DNA of 64,000 nucleotides from Pelagomonas calceolata (GCA_918797485.1 CAKKNE010000002.1:496001-560000), one strand, 5' to 3'; counted from the stretch's first letter, positions 11,125 to 21,534 are shown. The notes: generated by a model from the sequence alone, not told the origin. Translations and numbers: made by a program.

Positions 11125-11147
11125 CTAGCGGCGTGTAAAGACACTAG
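11125..11147 (+). promoter_or_regulatory. CTAG-bracketed intergenic motif
   Basis: CTAGCGGCGTGTAAAGACACTAG between divergent genes. Confidence 0.55.
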
Positions 11148-11372
11148 CAAGCCCACTCGAAAGATCCCAGTGTACTTGTATGAAGACGCCTCTCGACCAT
11201 TCATCGAAGACTAGTTACTACAAAAAGCACGGGGCTTGTTCGTGCTGTCAACTGGCAAGAGTACTGAAAAGAGGCAACAAACATTATTTGCGGTGCCCAT
11301 TTGCGGTTGGATTGCGGTGCGGGCCTGCAGCACTAGTTAGCGCCGGGCTGCCGTACCATCGAGGCCAAAAAA

Positions 11373-13607
11373 ATGGCTGCCCTCGCCCTCGCGTCGTCCG
11401 AGGCAGACGACGTCTTCGAGGCGGTCGCCGCGCACCTGCGCCGGCCGCCGTTTTCGAAAGGGCACACGGCCCAAGACCTGCGCGACGGCCGGGACTTGAA
11501 AACTCTACTCTACGAGGTCTGCGCCGACATCGACGCCGCGCGCGCGCCGCGCGACGCGGCGGACGCCGCCGCGCTGCTCGCGGTGCTGGGCGCGCCCGTC
11601 GACGAAGAGACCACGGCCCGCGACATCCAGGAGAGCGACCGCGGGACGATAATCGCGAGCCTCCACTGGTGCCTGCGCGACCGCGCGGCACATAAGAAGC
11701 GCATCTACGACGCGCGCCTCGCGCTGCCGATCCGCGCCGTCGCCGCCGCCGCGGCGCCGCGAGAAATTAAGGGCGCCTCGACGCTAGCATTTCGCGCAAT
11801 CAAGGCCCAGGCCGGCAAGGCGCGGCCGCCCCTCGGCGACGCGCCTTTAATAGAACGCGTCGTCGAGGTCGGCGTCCCCGAGGCCTGGGACGCGGCGCAG
11901 CTGCTGACGATCGCGACGACGGACACGCGGGAGACGCGCCTCGCGCCGAAGCGCACCGTGGCGCAGCGCTGGGCCGCGGCCGTGCGGCGCCTCGCCGGCG
12001 CGACGAAGAAGCACCGGCGGCCGCCGTCCGAGGCCATCCACCCGACGGAGCCCGGCGTCGTCATGCCGCGCGCGCTCTGGGCCTTCCCGCGCCAGGCTGA
12101 CGACCTGACGGACGACGTCGCGCCGTTCTGCTTTCCCGCGGGCCTGAAGGTCGAGCGGGGCGCGGGCCCGGCGCCGGCCGCGCGGCCCGCGGGCGAGCCG
12201 TTCGTGTTCGTGCTGCGCGGCGGCGGCGGCGCGGGCCAGGCGCCCCTCTACGGCGTCTGCGCGCGGGAGACGTTCGGGCGGCCGCTGCGCGACGGCCACG
12301 CGGTGCTGGCGCGCTGCGTCTGCGTGCTGACGAAGCGGCCGCTGCTTTTAGATTTGCACGTCGCGGTGCTGCGCGACGCGCTCGCCGAGACGCGGGCCGC
12401 CGACGACGCCACGCGGCGCCTGGCGCTCCGCGAGATCTTCGGCCGCTACCAGCGGCTGGCCGTCCCGCGGCCCGGCGCGCGTATAAGCTTCGCCGTCGCG
12501 AAAGAGACGCGGGAGCTGGCCGTGCCGGGCCCCGACGACGCGCTGACGTACCTCGGCGACGGCTGGCGCCGCGCGACGCCGGCGCTCGCCTGGACGCGGC
12601 GCGACTACGGGGCCATCGCGGCCGCGGGGGCGACGAGCGTGCCCGAGCTTTTTAGGAGGCTGCCCGCGCGGACGGCGCTGCGGGCGCTGGCGGCCGTGCT
12701 CTGCGAGCTCCAGGTCGTCGTCGTCGCCGCGGCCCCGGAGGCCGCGGCGGCCTGCGTCCACGGCCTGACGGCGCTGGCCCGGCCGGTTTTGGTGGTGGGC
12801 GCGCGCGCGCCCGTGCTGCCGACGCAGCTCCACGCGCTCCTCGAGGCGCCGGTGCCCTTCCTCGTCGGCGCGCCGCGGACGGAGACCTGGGCGCGCTCTC
12901 TGGAAAGCAGCGTGCCGCGGCCCGGTTTATTAATCGTCGACGCGGACCGCGGTTCATTAGCTTACCACCCCGACGACGCGGACCTCGTGGAGCTGCCCGA
13001 GGCCGAGGCTGTGGAAAGTGCCATCGAGGAGATGGTAGGGGCCTGCCGGCGCGGCGACGACCGCGCGGGGCGCCACTGCTGTAGGGTGGTGGGCCGCCAC
13101 GTCGCGAAGCTCTGCGGCGCCGCGAAGCCCTTCGAGGCGTCGACGTTCGGGAGGACGCGGCGCGCGATCTGCGAGCGCGCGCGCGGCCGCGAGTCGTTGG
13201 AATTTGCCGAACTTGTCAAGAGGGAGCTTGGCGACGCCCGCGAGCGGCGCTCGGTGCGCGACCTGCGCGAGAGCGTGGGCCACGCCTTCGACGCGCGCGC
13301 TTCAGTAAACTGGGCGCGCGCGTCGACGAATCTGGATTTGCGGGCGTCCATCAAGGCGGACCCGCTGCGGAAGGCCTTCTTCGAGCGCCTCGCGGAGAGC
13401 CAGGCCTACGCCGTCTACCGCGAGAACTTCCCCGACCGGTTCGCGGAGTCGTCCCCGGCCGGCGTCGAGGAGGACTTGGAACCGGTAAAGGCTCTGTGCG
13501 AGACCGCGTGGCGGCCGGCGTCTCCTGGGCCTGCTACGCCGTCGCGGTCGCCCTCGTCGGCGTTCGGCGACATCTCGCCGCTGACGTTTTGTGCGAGTCC
13601 GAGATAA
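11373..13607 (+). CDS. DENN-domain protein with N-terminal IFT81-type calponin-homology-like domain
   Basis: FCFPAG, FVFVL..LYGVC, LLEAPVPFLVG, FFERLAESQAY. N-terminus LRRPPFSK...LHWCL...KKRIY. Confidence 0.8.
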   Translation: MAALALASSEADDVFEAVAAHLRRPPFSKGHTAQDLRDGRDLKTLLYEVCADIDAARAPRDAADAAALLAVLGAPVDEETTARDIQESDRGTIIASLHWCLRDRAAHKKRIYDARLALPIRAVAAAAAPREIKGASTLAFRAIKAQAGKARPPLGDAPLIERVVEVGVPEAWDAAQLLTIATTDTRETRLAPKRTVAQRWAAAVRRLAGATKKHRRPPSEAIHPTEPGVVMPRALWAFPRQADDLTDDVAPFCFPAGLKVERGAGPAPAARPAGEPFVFVLRGGGGAGQAPLYGVCARETFGRPLRDGHAVLARCVCVLTKRPLLLDLHVAVLRDALAETRAADDATRRLALREIFGRYQRLAVPRPGARISFAVAKETRELAVPGPDDALTYLGDGWRRATPALAWTRRDYGAIAAAGATSVPELFRRLPARTALRALAAVLCELQVVVVAAAPEAAAACVHGLTALARPVLVVGARAPVLPTQLHALLEAPVPFLVGAPRTETWARSLESSVPRPGLLIVDADRGSLAYHPDDADLVELPEAEAVESAIEEMVGACRRGDDRAGRHCCRVVGRHVAKLCGAAKPFEASTFGRTRRAICERARGRESLEFAELVKRELGDARERRSVRDLRESVGHAFDARASVNWARASTNLDLRASIKADPLRKAFFERLAESQAYAVYRENFPDRFAESSPAGVEEDLEPVKALCETAWRPASPGPATPSRSPSSAFGDISPLTFCASPR

Positions 13608-13684
13608 GGTTGATTTCTGTTCTTCTTTCTTTTAGGGTTTTGTCGCGCTGCTTCCAGGGCTCCCGCGCGCGTTTTAGGAATGAC

Positions 13685-13704
13685 CTAGCGCGGTAAGGCA
13701 CTAG
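13685..13704 (+). promoter_or_regulatory. CTAG-bracketed intergenic motif
   Basis: CTAGCGCGGTAAGGCACTAG upstream of GST. Confidence 0.55.
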
Positions 13705-13898
13705 CAAGCTGGGTCCAGCCGCTCTCACAACTCACAGGATAACACAGTCAGCATCATTGCTCTGATTTGTTGCGGATTACGCTTATTCCCGTAGCGCGCA
13801 AACGTTCTGCAGCATCTGCAAGCATCTACGCTGCCGTAGCGTGTGATTTTAGCTGTCTCCTCCTCCTGCTGGCAAGCTTGCGTGTGGACAACGTCGAC

Positions 13899-14582
13899 AT
13901 GAAGGTAACATACTTCCAGCTCTGGGCGCGCGGACCGTCCATCGTGCTCGCCTTGGAGCATGCAGGCGTCGACTACGAAGCTGCTTTCCCGGACAACTGG
14001 AAGGAGCTGAAGCCGACGACGCCGTGGGGCGCCTTGCCTCTATTCGAAGCCCCACTGGCCGGGAAGGTGCTCACGCTCGGGCACGAGCTCGCGATCCTGG
14101 CGTACATCGAGCGTAAGTGCCCGGTGGTCGCCGGCGCCGACGAGCGCGAGTGGGCGGTGTCGCAGCAATTCGTCCACCAAGCGGAGGACGTGTATAAAGC
14201 CCTCGTCGCGAAGCAGCCGACGCTCTACGAGACGGACAAGGTCTCGAAGGAGGCGCTCGCCGAGTGGTGGGCGGGCGACGACCGGACGCTCCACAATCGC
14301 AAGCAAGGGCTCCAGGTGCACCTCGCGCTGCTGGAAGCCGCGGCCGCCGCGACGCCGGGAAAAGCAGGTTATTTGACGTGTGATGGAAAGTCTGTCGGTG
14401 AGTGCAAGCTATGGGCGACGTTACACATGCTCGTGTTGATCAAGAGTGACGTCCTGGCGCCGTTTCCGGCGCTCACGGCCTTCTACGAGCGGTTCGGCGG
14501 AGAGGAGGCGACGAAGCGAGTCGTCGACTCCGGCGGCCGCTTCCCGGGGCCGCTGAAGCAGTACTTCGTCGCCGCCGAGTGA
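13899..14582 (+). CDS. Glutathione S-transferase
   Basis: MKVTYFQLWARG..L, KPTTPWGALP, AILAYI (Tyr-type GST N-domain). Confidence 0.85.
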   Translation: MKVTYFQLWARGPSIVLALEHAGVDYEAAFPDNWKELKPTTPWGALPLFEAPLAGKVLTLGHELAILAYIERKCPVVAGADEREWAVSQQFVHQAEDVYKALVAKQPTLYETDKVSKEALAEWWAGDDRTLHNRKQGLQVHLALLEAAAAATPGKAGYLTCDGKSVGECKLWATLHMLVLIKSDVLAPFPALTAFYERFGGEEATKRVVDSGGRFPGPLKQYFVAAE

Positions 14583-14608
14583 TCGATACTATGTCTAATG
14601 TTAACTAA

Positions 14609-15247
14609 CTAAGAGCCGGTTGGCTCCAGCTTCTTGCGCTTGGCCCGCGACGGCTCCTCGTCCTTCTGGCGCACCTCGAGCTTGAGCCACGGCTCGGCCT
14701 CCTGCTCCTGCCGGCGTTGCGCGTAGCTACCGCGGGCGTGCGACTGGTCGCGCGTCGAGGGCACGCGCTTGACCGAGGCGGCCTGCAGCTTGGGGGCGTC
14801 GCGCGCCGACGCCGGCGCGGGCGCCGGCGCGTCGGCCTCGTCGGCCGCGTCGACGTAGGCGAACGACGGCCGCATCTGATACGTCGTCGCGAGCGGCGCA
14901 ATTTGTAAAATGCCGTCGCGCAGCGCGCCGACGGCGTAGTTCGTCTCGGGCGCCACCGTCGTCGCCGCGAGCGTCCGCTTGTCGAACCGCATGCGCTCGG
15001 GCGCGCGCTCGTCGACGTGCCGGCCGCTCTTCGTCGCCGGGACGTCCACCTCGAGCAGCTCGTGTCTTACTTTAATCCGCGCGGCGTCGAAGGGCTCGGG
15101 CCCGCGCTCGCGCGCGCGGATCGGGTACTGGAGCAGCGCCAGGCCGGGCCGCGGCGCGTCGTCCGTCGGGTCGCCCCAGTCCGCCAAATGTACTTCGATC
15201 TCGCGCACGACGGGGTCCTCCTCCTTCGTTTCGTCGTCCTCGTCCAT
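14609..15247 (-). CDS. RPC5: RNA polymerase III subunit RPC5/Rpc37 (Sin-N domain)
   Basis: EEDPVVREIEVHL, LLQYP, NYAVG, QMRPSF.YVD, EPW. Confidence 0.85.
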   Translation of the reverse strand: MDEDDETKEEDPVVREIEVHLADWGDPTDDAPRPGLALLQYPIRARERGPEPFDAARIKVRHELLEVDVPATKSGRHVDERAPERMRFDKRTLAATTVAPETNYAVGALRDGILQIAPLATTYQMRPSFAYVDAADEADAPAPAPASARDAPKLQAASVKRVPSTRDQSHARGSYAQRRQEQEAEPWLKLEVRQKDEEPSRAKRKKLEPTGS

Positions 15248-15523
15248 CGGTGACGCGTCGCCTTTCGTGCGGGCGCGGGTTGGGTCGCTGGGCAGTGGTC
15301 TCTCGCAAGAGAGCTACCGATGCGTCGCCGTCCCTTGCAGCGGCGTCGGTCTATTGCGCCGTGCGTGCGGCGGCAGCGAAGCTGCTCTCGGAGAGCGCCA
15401 GGGGTTACAGATGCGTTTGGTCGCGCGGTAGCTGTTCGGCGTGACAAATAGCAACCCAGGGCGGCCTAACTAAGACGTGTAATGCCGTCGCGGCCGGCAG
15501 AGACGCTCGCGCGATTTTGCGAG

Positions 15524-15543
15524 CTAGTGTAGACAGATGCTAG
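15524..15543 (-). promoter_or_regulatory. CTAG-bracketed intergenic motif (variant)
   Basis: Reverse complement CTAGCATCTGTCTACACTAG between divergent genes. Confidence 0.4.
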
Positions 15544-15659
15544 AGATCTCGCCTTTTGTGCAAAAACAAAGCCCACACGAGGTAGAAGGGAAGCTGTAGC
15601 GTTCTAAATTACACCATTGCGTTGCTCGCGCCCGGCTGCAGTCGCTGGAAACAACGATC

Positions 15660-17183
15660 ATGCCAACCCTCGTGCCAGCCTCCCCCAGCAGCATAGACGT
15701 GGACGACGACGACTCGGACGCGCCGCCGTCGCCGCCGCGGCGACGGCACCAGCTCGACCTGCAATCGACCGGCGAGATCGCGGCACCGACGACGCGGCGC
15801 GACGTCTGGGTGGTCGCCGCCACGACGGTCGGCAACGCGCTCGAGTGGTACGACTTCGCGCTCTTCGGCTTCCTCGCGCCGGAGCTCGCCACGAAGTTCT
15901 TCCCGCCAAAAAAGCATTTGAACTCGGCGCTGCTCGAGACGTTCCTCGTGTTTGGGGCCGCGTTCCTGGTGCGCCCGGTCGGCGGCCTCGCGATGGGTGC
16001 GTTCAGCGACCGGCACGGGCGGAAGCGGGCGCTCCAGCTATCGGTAATAGCGATGAGCGGCGCGACGGCGTCCATCGGGCTGCTGCCGACGTACGCGGTG
16101 GCCGGGTCGCTCGCGACGTGCCTGCTCGTGCTCTGCCGGCTCGTCCAGGGCCTGTCCGTGGCCGGCCAGCTCACGGGCGCGCTCGTGTACCTCGTCGAGT
16201 CGGCGCCGCCAGGCCACGAACACCTTTTTGGAAGTCTAGCCTTCGCGTCGGGCAACGCCGGCACGATGCTCGGCGGCGTCGCCGTGGCCTTCGTGCAGAC
16301 GCGCGCGGGCCAGGACGCCTTCGCCGGCCACGGCTGGCGCTATCCCTTCCTGCTGTCCGCGTTTTTGGGGTGGGGCGGCTACTACGTCCAGAGCTACGCC
16401 GAGGAGTCGCCTGAGTACCTCGCCGTCGTGGAGGGGCCCCAACAGACGGAGGACGGACCGCGGCGGAGCCAGCTCGAGCTCCAGCGGACCGGCGAAATTC
16501 CAGGAAGGGACGAGGCCGTCGACGCCGTCGAAGCCGTCAAGCGCTCGGGGCCGAAGGTCGCCGCGCTCGCGGCGGCCTGCATCCTGTCGCCGGCAGCTTT
16601 CTACGCGTTTTTCGTATTCGCGCCGGCGTTCTACCCGCTGCCGCAGGCGACGCTCCTCGCGACGCGGTGCCTCCTCCTGAGCGTGCTGGCGATGCCGCTC
16701 GCGGGCGCGGCCATCGACGCGCGGCGCGCGACGCACGGCGACGACGTCGCGGCCGATACCGCGGCGGCGGCAGCGCTCGCCCTGGGCGTGGCGTCGCCGG
16801 CGATCTTCGCGTGCCTCGCCTCGAAGAACGCGCACGCGGCCGCGCTGGGTTTGGCGGTGGCCGCCTTCGTGCACAGCGCGTTCAACGCGGCGCTGGCCGG
16901 CTGGCTCGTGCGGGCCTTCGACCCGCGGGCGCGGGGCGCGGTGCTCGGCCTCGCGTGGAACGTCGCGGCGGCGCTGGTCGGGGGCACGGCGCCGGCGTTT
17001 GCCGTTCTGTTAATAGAGGTGACGGGCTCGGACGTCGCGCCGGGGTTTTACATCTCGGTCCTCGCGATGCTGGCCGTCGGCGGCATCCGGGCGCTGCCGC
17101 GAGCGCCGCCTGTCACCAACGCGGTGGAGGCGAGGTATACGGACGCCGCTGCGGCCGCGCCGCCTTCGTCGGTTGTCGTGTGA
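15660..17183 (+). CDS. MFS transporter, metabolite:H+ symporter (ProP-like) family
   Basis: GNALEWYDF, RPVGG..SDRHGRK, RLVQG, GWRYPF, ESP. Confidence 0.9.
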   Translation: MPTLVPASPSSIDVDDDDSDAPPSPPRRRHQLDLQSTGEIAAPTTRRDVWVVAATTVGNALEWYDFALFGFLAPELATKFFPPKKHLNSALLETFLVFGAAFLVRPVGGLAMGAFSDRHGRKRALQLSVIAMSGATASIGLLPTYAVAGSLATCLLVLCRLVQGLSVAGQLTGALVYLVESAPPGHEHLFGSLAFASGNAGTMLGGVAVAFVQTRAGQDAFAGHGWRYPFLLSAFLGWGGYYVQSYAEESPEYLAVVEGPQQTEDGPRRSQLELQRTGEIPGRDEAVDAVEAVKRSGPKVAALAAACILSPAAFYAFFVFAPAFYPLPQATLLATRCLLLSVLAMPLAGAAIDARRATHGDDVAADTAAAAALALGVASPAIFACLASKNAHAAALGLAVAAFVHSAFNAALAGWLVRAFDPRARGAVLGLAWNVAAALVGGTAPAFAVLLIEVTGSDVAPGFYISVLAMLAVGGIRALPRAPPVTNAVEARYTDAAAAAPPSSVVV

Positions 17184-17381
17184 GTAACAAAACATACAAG
17201 TCCTATCCTGTCCTGTCCGACGACCGAAATACGCCCTCTCGGATGGCCTAGGGCGCGGCGCGGCTCCTCGCGCGGATAGACAAAACAGGTTTTCACCCAC
17301 AAATTTGCCCAAGTGGGGCACCGCGCCCGGTCGTGGCGCCGTCAATTCAGTGATCGCCAGTACTATTTCATTGTCCTGACG

Positions 17382-18266
17382 ATGGGCTGTGCGGCCTCCA
17401 AGGCCCCGCCCAAGCGCGATCCAGTCGAGGAGCTCATCGAGGAGGTGCACGCCCAGCAAGGCCGCGAGTCCGGCGGCGGCGTGACGCTTGATCTGTCGGC
17501 CGCGCCCGCGAGCGCCGACGCGCCGGCCGGCAAGCTCGCAGAACTCGGCCTCTCGCTCAAGGGCAAGGTGCCCGACGCGGCGTGGGCCTGCGTCGGCGTT
17601 CTGCCCTGTGTGGAAATCAACCAGTGCGTCGGCGATGCGAGCGGTGAGGAGCCGACATCGCCACGCCATCGAGCAGGTGTCGCGTCGATGGCGTGTCCAG
17701 AGGACGAAGATTCAGGACGAACGCGCCGTAAATTTGATTTCCACACAGGTGACGACGCTCTCACTCAAAGGCAACCACCTCGGGAGCCTCTCGCCGAAGC
17801 TCGCGCAGCTGTCGGCGCTCCGCGTGCTCGACGTCTCGGAGAACGGCCTGACCGCGCTGCCCGAGGGCGTCGCGGCGCTCGAGGCGCTCGAGGTCCTGGA
17901 CGTCTCGAGCGCCTGCCCCCATCCAAGGCGCTCCGGGCGTCGCTCCCGGCGCTCGAGTACCTGACGGTGCACCAGAACCGTATTGAAGTGCTCCCGGCGC
18001 TCGACCTCCCGGAGTTCACGACGCTGAACGCCGGCGGGAATCCGATCAAGGCGCTCCCGGACCTCTCGCGGTGCCCGAAGCTCCGCGTGCTCATCGTCGA
18101 CGACTGCGGCCTCGTGTCCGTGCACCGGTCGTTCACGCCCGCGAACCACCCGAAGCTCGAGCGGCTCGTCGTCTCGGGCAACCCGGGCCTCGACGCCAAG
18201 GCGCGGGCCAAAATTGATGTCTTCGCCGCGACGACCACGGCGAACGGCGGCTGGGTCCGGGGGTAG
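17382..18266 (+). CDS. N-myristoylated leucine-rich-repeat protein, one introner intron and an apparent frameshift near 17910
   Basis: MGCAASK start. LRRs LSLKGNHL and LDVSENGL are in one frame, LTVHQNRI and LNAGGNPI in another. Confidence 0.7.
   Translation: MGCAASKAPPKRDPVEELIEEVHAQQGRESGGGVTLDLSAAPASADAPAGKLAELGLSLKGKVPDAAWACVGVLPCVEINQCVGDASGEEPTSPRHRAGVASMACPEDEDSGRTRRKFDFHTGDDALTQRQPPREPLAEARAAVGAPRARRLGERPDRAARGRRGARGARGPGRLERLPPSKALRASLPALEYLTVHQNRIEVLPALDLPEFTTLNAGGNPIKALPDLSRCPKLRVLIVDDCGLVSVHRSFTPANHPKLERLVVSGNPGLDAKARAKIDVFAATTTANGGWVRG
17598..17748 (+). mobile_element. Introner-type intron (151 nt)
   Basis: Perfect 15-bp TIR CTGTGTGGAAATCAA (17606-17620)/TTGATTTCCACACAG (17734-17748). 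GT donor 8 nt before the TIR, phase 0. Confidence 0.9.
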
Positions 18267-18364
18267 AGCTCCCCGCGCGCGGGGGTGGCGGCACTCGCTC
18301 GCAATAACCTTCCTTTGGGGGCCCATCGGTGCCGAGTCGAGCGAGTCGCGCCTTGCAGGTATCC

Positions 18365-18386
18365 CTAGTGTCTTACAGACCGCTAG
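18365..18386 (-). promoter_or_regulatory. CTAG-bracketed intergenic motif
   Basis: Reverse complement CTAGCGGTCTGTAAGACACTAG, about 70 bp before the ATG at 18454. Confidence 0.55.
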
Positions 18387-18453
18387 CTTCGAGGCGGGGC
18401 GCGCTCAAAAAACTTGAAACCGGTGGATTAAAGGGCCGCATCGCCGCAGACAA

Positions 18454-19965
18454 ATGGCGACCTCAAAAATCACGCTAGCAGCCCTTGGCGGTGCCGCTGC
18501 GGCAATCACGCTCCAAAGGCTACGCCGCAAATGGCTCGCGCTGCCGTACGCCTGGCGCCGGAGCGCGACGAGAACTGAACTGATGCGCTGGATCCTCTTT
18601 GATGCAGCTCCCGAGTGGGCGACGACGGAACGAATGCTTGCGCTGCGCCGAGCCGTCGCCTGTCCCGCGCAGTCCGTGTCCTACGCGAACGCCGACCCGC
18701 TGCTGATCGTCGGCGGCCAGGGCGCGCGGCTCGTGGACGTGCGGGGCCGCCGCTTCCTCGACACGCGCAACAACGTGGCGCACGTCGGCCACGCGCACCC
18801 GCGCGTCGCCAGTGCCGTCGCCGCGGCGATGACGGCGCCCTGCACGAATACGCGCTATTTGCACCCGAATCACGCCGCGCTGTGCAAGAGACTACTCGAG
18901 ACGATGCCCGCGCCCCTCGACCGGGGCCACGTCTTCCTCGTGAACTCAGGGTCCGAGGCAAACGACCTGGCCTTGCGCCTTTGCCGCGCGTGGTGTAGGC
19001 GTCGTGGTGTAGGCGACTGCGGCGTCGTCGTGCTCACGCACGCCTACCACGGCCACACGGCGGCTTGCATCGGCCTGTCACCCTACAAGCACGGCCATCG
19101 CACCTTCAACGGCCGCGGCCGGCCGCCCTGGGTTGAGGTCGCCGACGCGCCCGACGCCTACCGGGGCGGCGGCCGCGCCGACGCCGTCGAGGCGGCCTGC
19201 GCGCGGCTCGAGGCGCGGGGGATCCGGGTCGGCGCGCTCTTCGTCGAGAGCGGCGCGTCCGTCGCCGGCGTGCGGCTCCCGCCCGAGGGCTTCCTGGCCG
19301 CCGCCTTCGAGGCCGTGCGGCGCCGGGGCGGCGTCGTCGTCGCAGACGAGGTCCAGACGGGCCTCGGGCGGCTCGGGAGCAGCTGGTACGCCTTCGAGGC
19401 GCACGGTGTCGCGCCGGACGTGGTGACGGTGGGCAAGCCGTTCGGCAACGGCCTGCCCCTCGCGGCGGCGGTCGTCGCGCGCGCGGTCTCGGACGCCTTC
19501 GCGGCGGGGCCCGAGTACTTCAATACTTTTGGAGGCAACCCCGCGTGCTGCGCCGCGGGCCTCGCTGTGCTGGAAGCCATCGAGGCGGACGGCCTCCGCG
19601 CGAACGCGACGCGCGTCGGCGCGGAACTTAGGAAGGGCTTCGAGCGGCTCATGGGCCTGGGCGGCGCGCGGTGCGTCGTCGGCGACGTGCGCGGGCGCGG
19701 GCTGTTCCTCGGCGTCGATCTTGTCAGGGACGCGGCCTCGAAGGCGCCGGCGACGGCCGAGGCCTCCTGGATCTGCGCGCGGCTCGTGACGCGGCACCGC
19801 ATTTTGACGTCGCTCGACGGCCCGGGCGACAACGTGCTCGTCGTGAAGCCGCCCCTCTGCTTCTCGCTGGGCGACGCGGCGGAGTTCCTCGCCGCGCTCG
19901 AGGAGGGGCTCGTCGCGGCGAACGCGCTGCCGGAGGGATTTTCGTTCGAACGGACGCCGACCTAG
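18454..19965 (+). CDS. Class III PLP enzyme, ethanolamine-phosphate / phosphohydroxylysine phospho-lyase-like
   Basis: FLDTRNNVAHVGH, VNSGSEANDLALR, ADEVQTGLGR, GKPFGNG, EYFNTFGGNP. Confidence 0.9.
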   Translation: MATSKITLAALGGAAAAITLQRLRRKWLALPYAWRRSATRTELMRWILFDAAPEWATTERMLALRRAVACPAQSVSYANADPLLIVGGQGARLVDVRGRRFLDTRNNVAHVGHAHPRVASAVAAAMTAPCTNTRYLHPNHAALCKRLLETMPAPLDRGHVFLVNSGSEANDLALRLCRAWCRRRGVGDCGVVVLTHAYHGHTAACIGLSPYKHGHRTFNGRGRPPWVEVADAPDAYRGGGRADAVEAACARLEARGIRVGALFVESGASVAGVRLPPEGFLAAAFEAVRRRGGVVVADEVQTGLGRLGSSWYAFEAHGVAPDVVTVGKPFGNGLPLAAAVVARAVSDAFAAGPEYFNTFGGNPACCAAGLAVLEAIEADGLRANATRVGAELRKGFERLMGLGGARCVVGDVRGRGLFLGVDLVRDAASKAPATAEASWICARLVTRHRILTSLDGPGDNVLVVKPPLCFSLGDAAEFLAALEEGLVAANALPEGFSFERTPT

Positions 19966-21534
19966 GTCTGTTTATAATATATGTCTTGTTTATCACGTGC
20001 GCGTCTCCCGATCGACTCCTGGAAGTTCCGCCGCGAGATTATTCTGCTCCGGGCCACCATGTTTTTACAAAGAAGAGCTAAACCGAGCTAGCGTATATCG
20101 ACATACTAGTAAATTCAAAGATACGCCTCGATAGCGTCAAAAGAATGACCCAAATTCAGAATACACCCTGGTTGTTCGCCGCGCCCAAATATTTCAGAGT
20201 AGCGGCCCGGGAACATACCCTCGCGCCTCCCGGAAGGCACCGCGCGCGACATTCGCGGATGAGTCTTACGAGTTGCCGAATTACACCAGCGATTGACGCC
20301 GCCATCTACCGTCCAAATGGGACATTATATCAACTCCAGCCCGGTTTTCATACACATCTGACGGAACCGGAGCCGACGGCCCGCGCTCGGAGGGCGGGAG
20401 AAGAATTCTACTAGACAACTCCCGAGTTTATGTTCGTTTCCTTCCGTTTGTTAGTGGTAGAGTCCATTTAGGTCGATTGAGCACCCAACTAGCATGATGA
20501 GAGGTTCCGTTAGAGCCGCGCGAAACGACGAATCCGCGACCCCCGTGTTTATGCGAAATGCCCTCAGAACGTAGACCTGCGAGTATCAGCGACACCACTA
20601 TCCGGATGGACCATAACGCCGTTGTTCTATTCACAATCGACCGACTTGCCCGTTCTCCGCGGACGACGGTGCGTACGCGGGGCACTGAAAAGGCCCCAGA
20701 CCCGTGAGTTATAAAATAAATTTGCGTTTCAGGCGCTTTAGTTGTGGGACGGGCCAGATAACCGGGCTGAGCGCCTACTACATTGCTCGAGACCCCACGA
20801 TGCTCCGCTCGGCTGGGCCAACTCCCGAGCCCACGATCTTGTTAATTTTGGCTTCAGGCTCAGACCTGCGACCATCAGCCCGTGTACCAACACCATGAAC
20901 CATAATGAGATCATTTGTTCTATGATTGACCGACTTACGCGAGGTCCAGATAAAGATGTTCACGTCCCAAGCGTGGGCAGCCAAAAGTACCCTTCTTATA
21001 ATGTAGATATCATATACTTGTAATTGACTATCGGTGGGGTAGTATGGAGTCCAACGAGACCGCTACGGCGACTACTGGGGGCCCTCGGGTAATCGACGTT
21101 TTTTACGGTAGCGGGGCGCCATCGGGTCCAAATTACGCACTTTTTGTGGGGACAGATCGGCTCCTGGAGGTCTCTCAGGGTAGGTCTGGTAGTGGGTAAG
21201 CGCCTGAACCGCTTACGCCATCGACGCGACAGTCCGAGAGCTCTGGAACCCATGCCAAGTAATTCATGGTTTAATGAGCCGCACTCATGAGAGAATTGGC
21301 CGAAATATGCTGGAAGCGGCAGCGTATGCGGTGTAGGCGCTTGCGCACGTCTAGTACCATCCCTCAGCGGCCCCGGGGAGACCTCTGGGCAACGAACCGA
21401 CAGGATTCCATCGACACGGCCGCGGTGGTGGGACCGTCAATATCGCGATTAAAAAAAATTAATTTTTTCGGCCCCCAGTACGTGTCCCATTGATCTCATT
21501 GGACGCGAATGTTCACATAGTCTTACAAAAACAG

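Noticed and set aside
20145..21253. Short ORFs in the low-GC island
   Set aside because: Under 95 aa, no GC3 bias typical of neighbouring genes, no motifs
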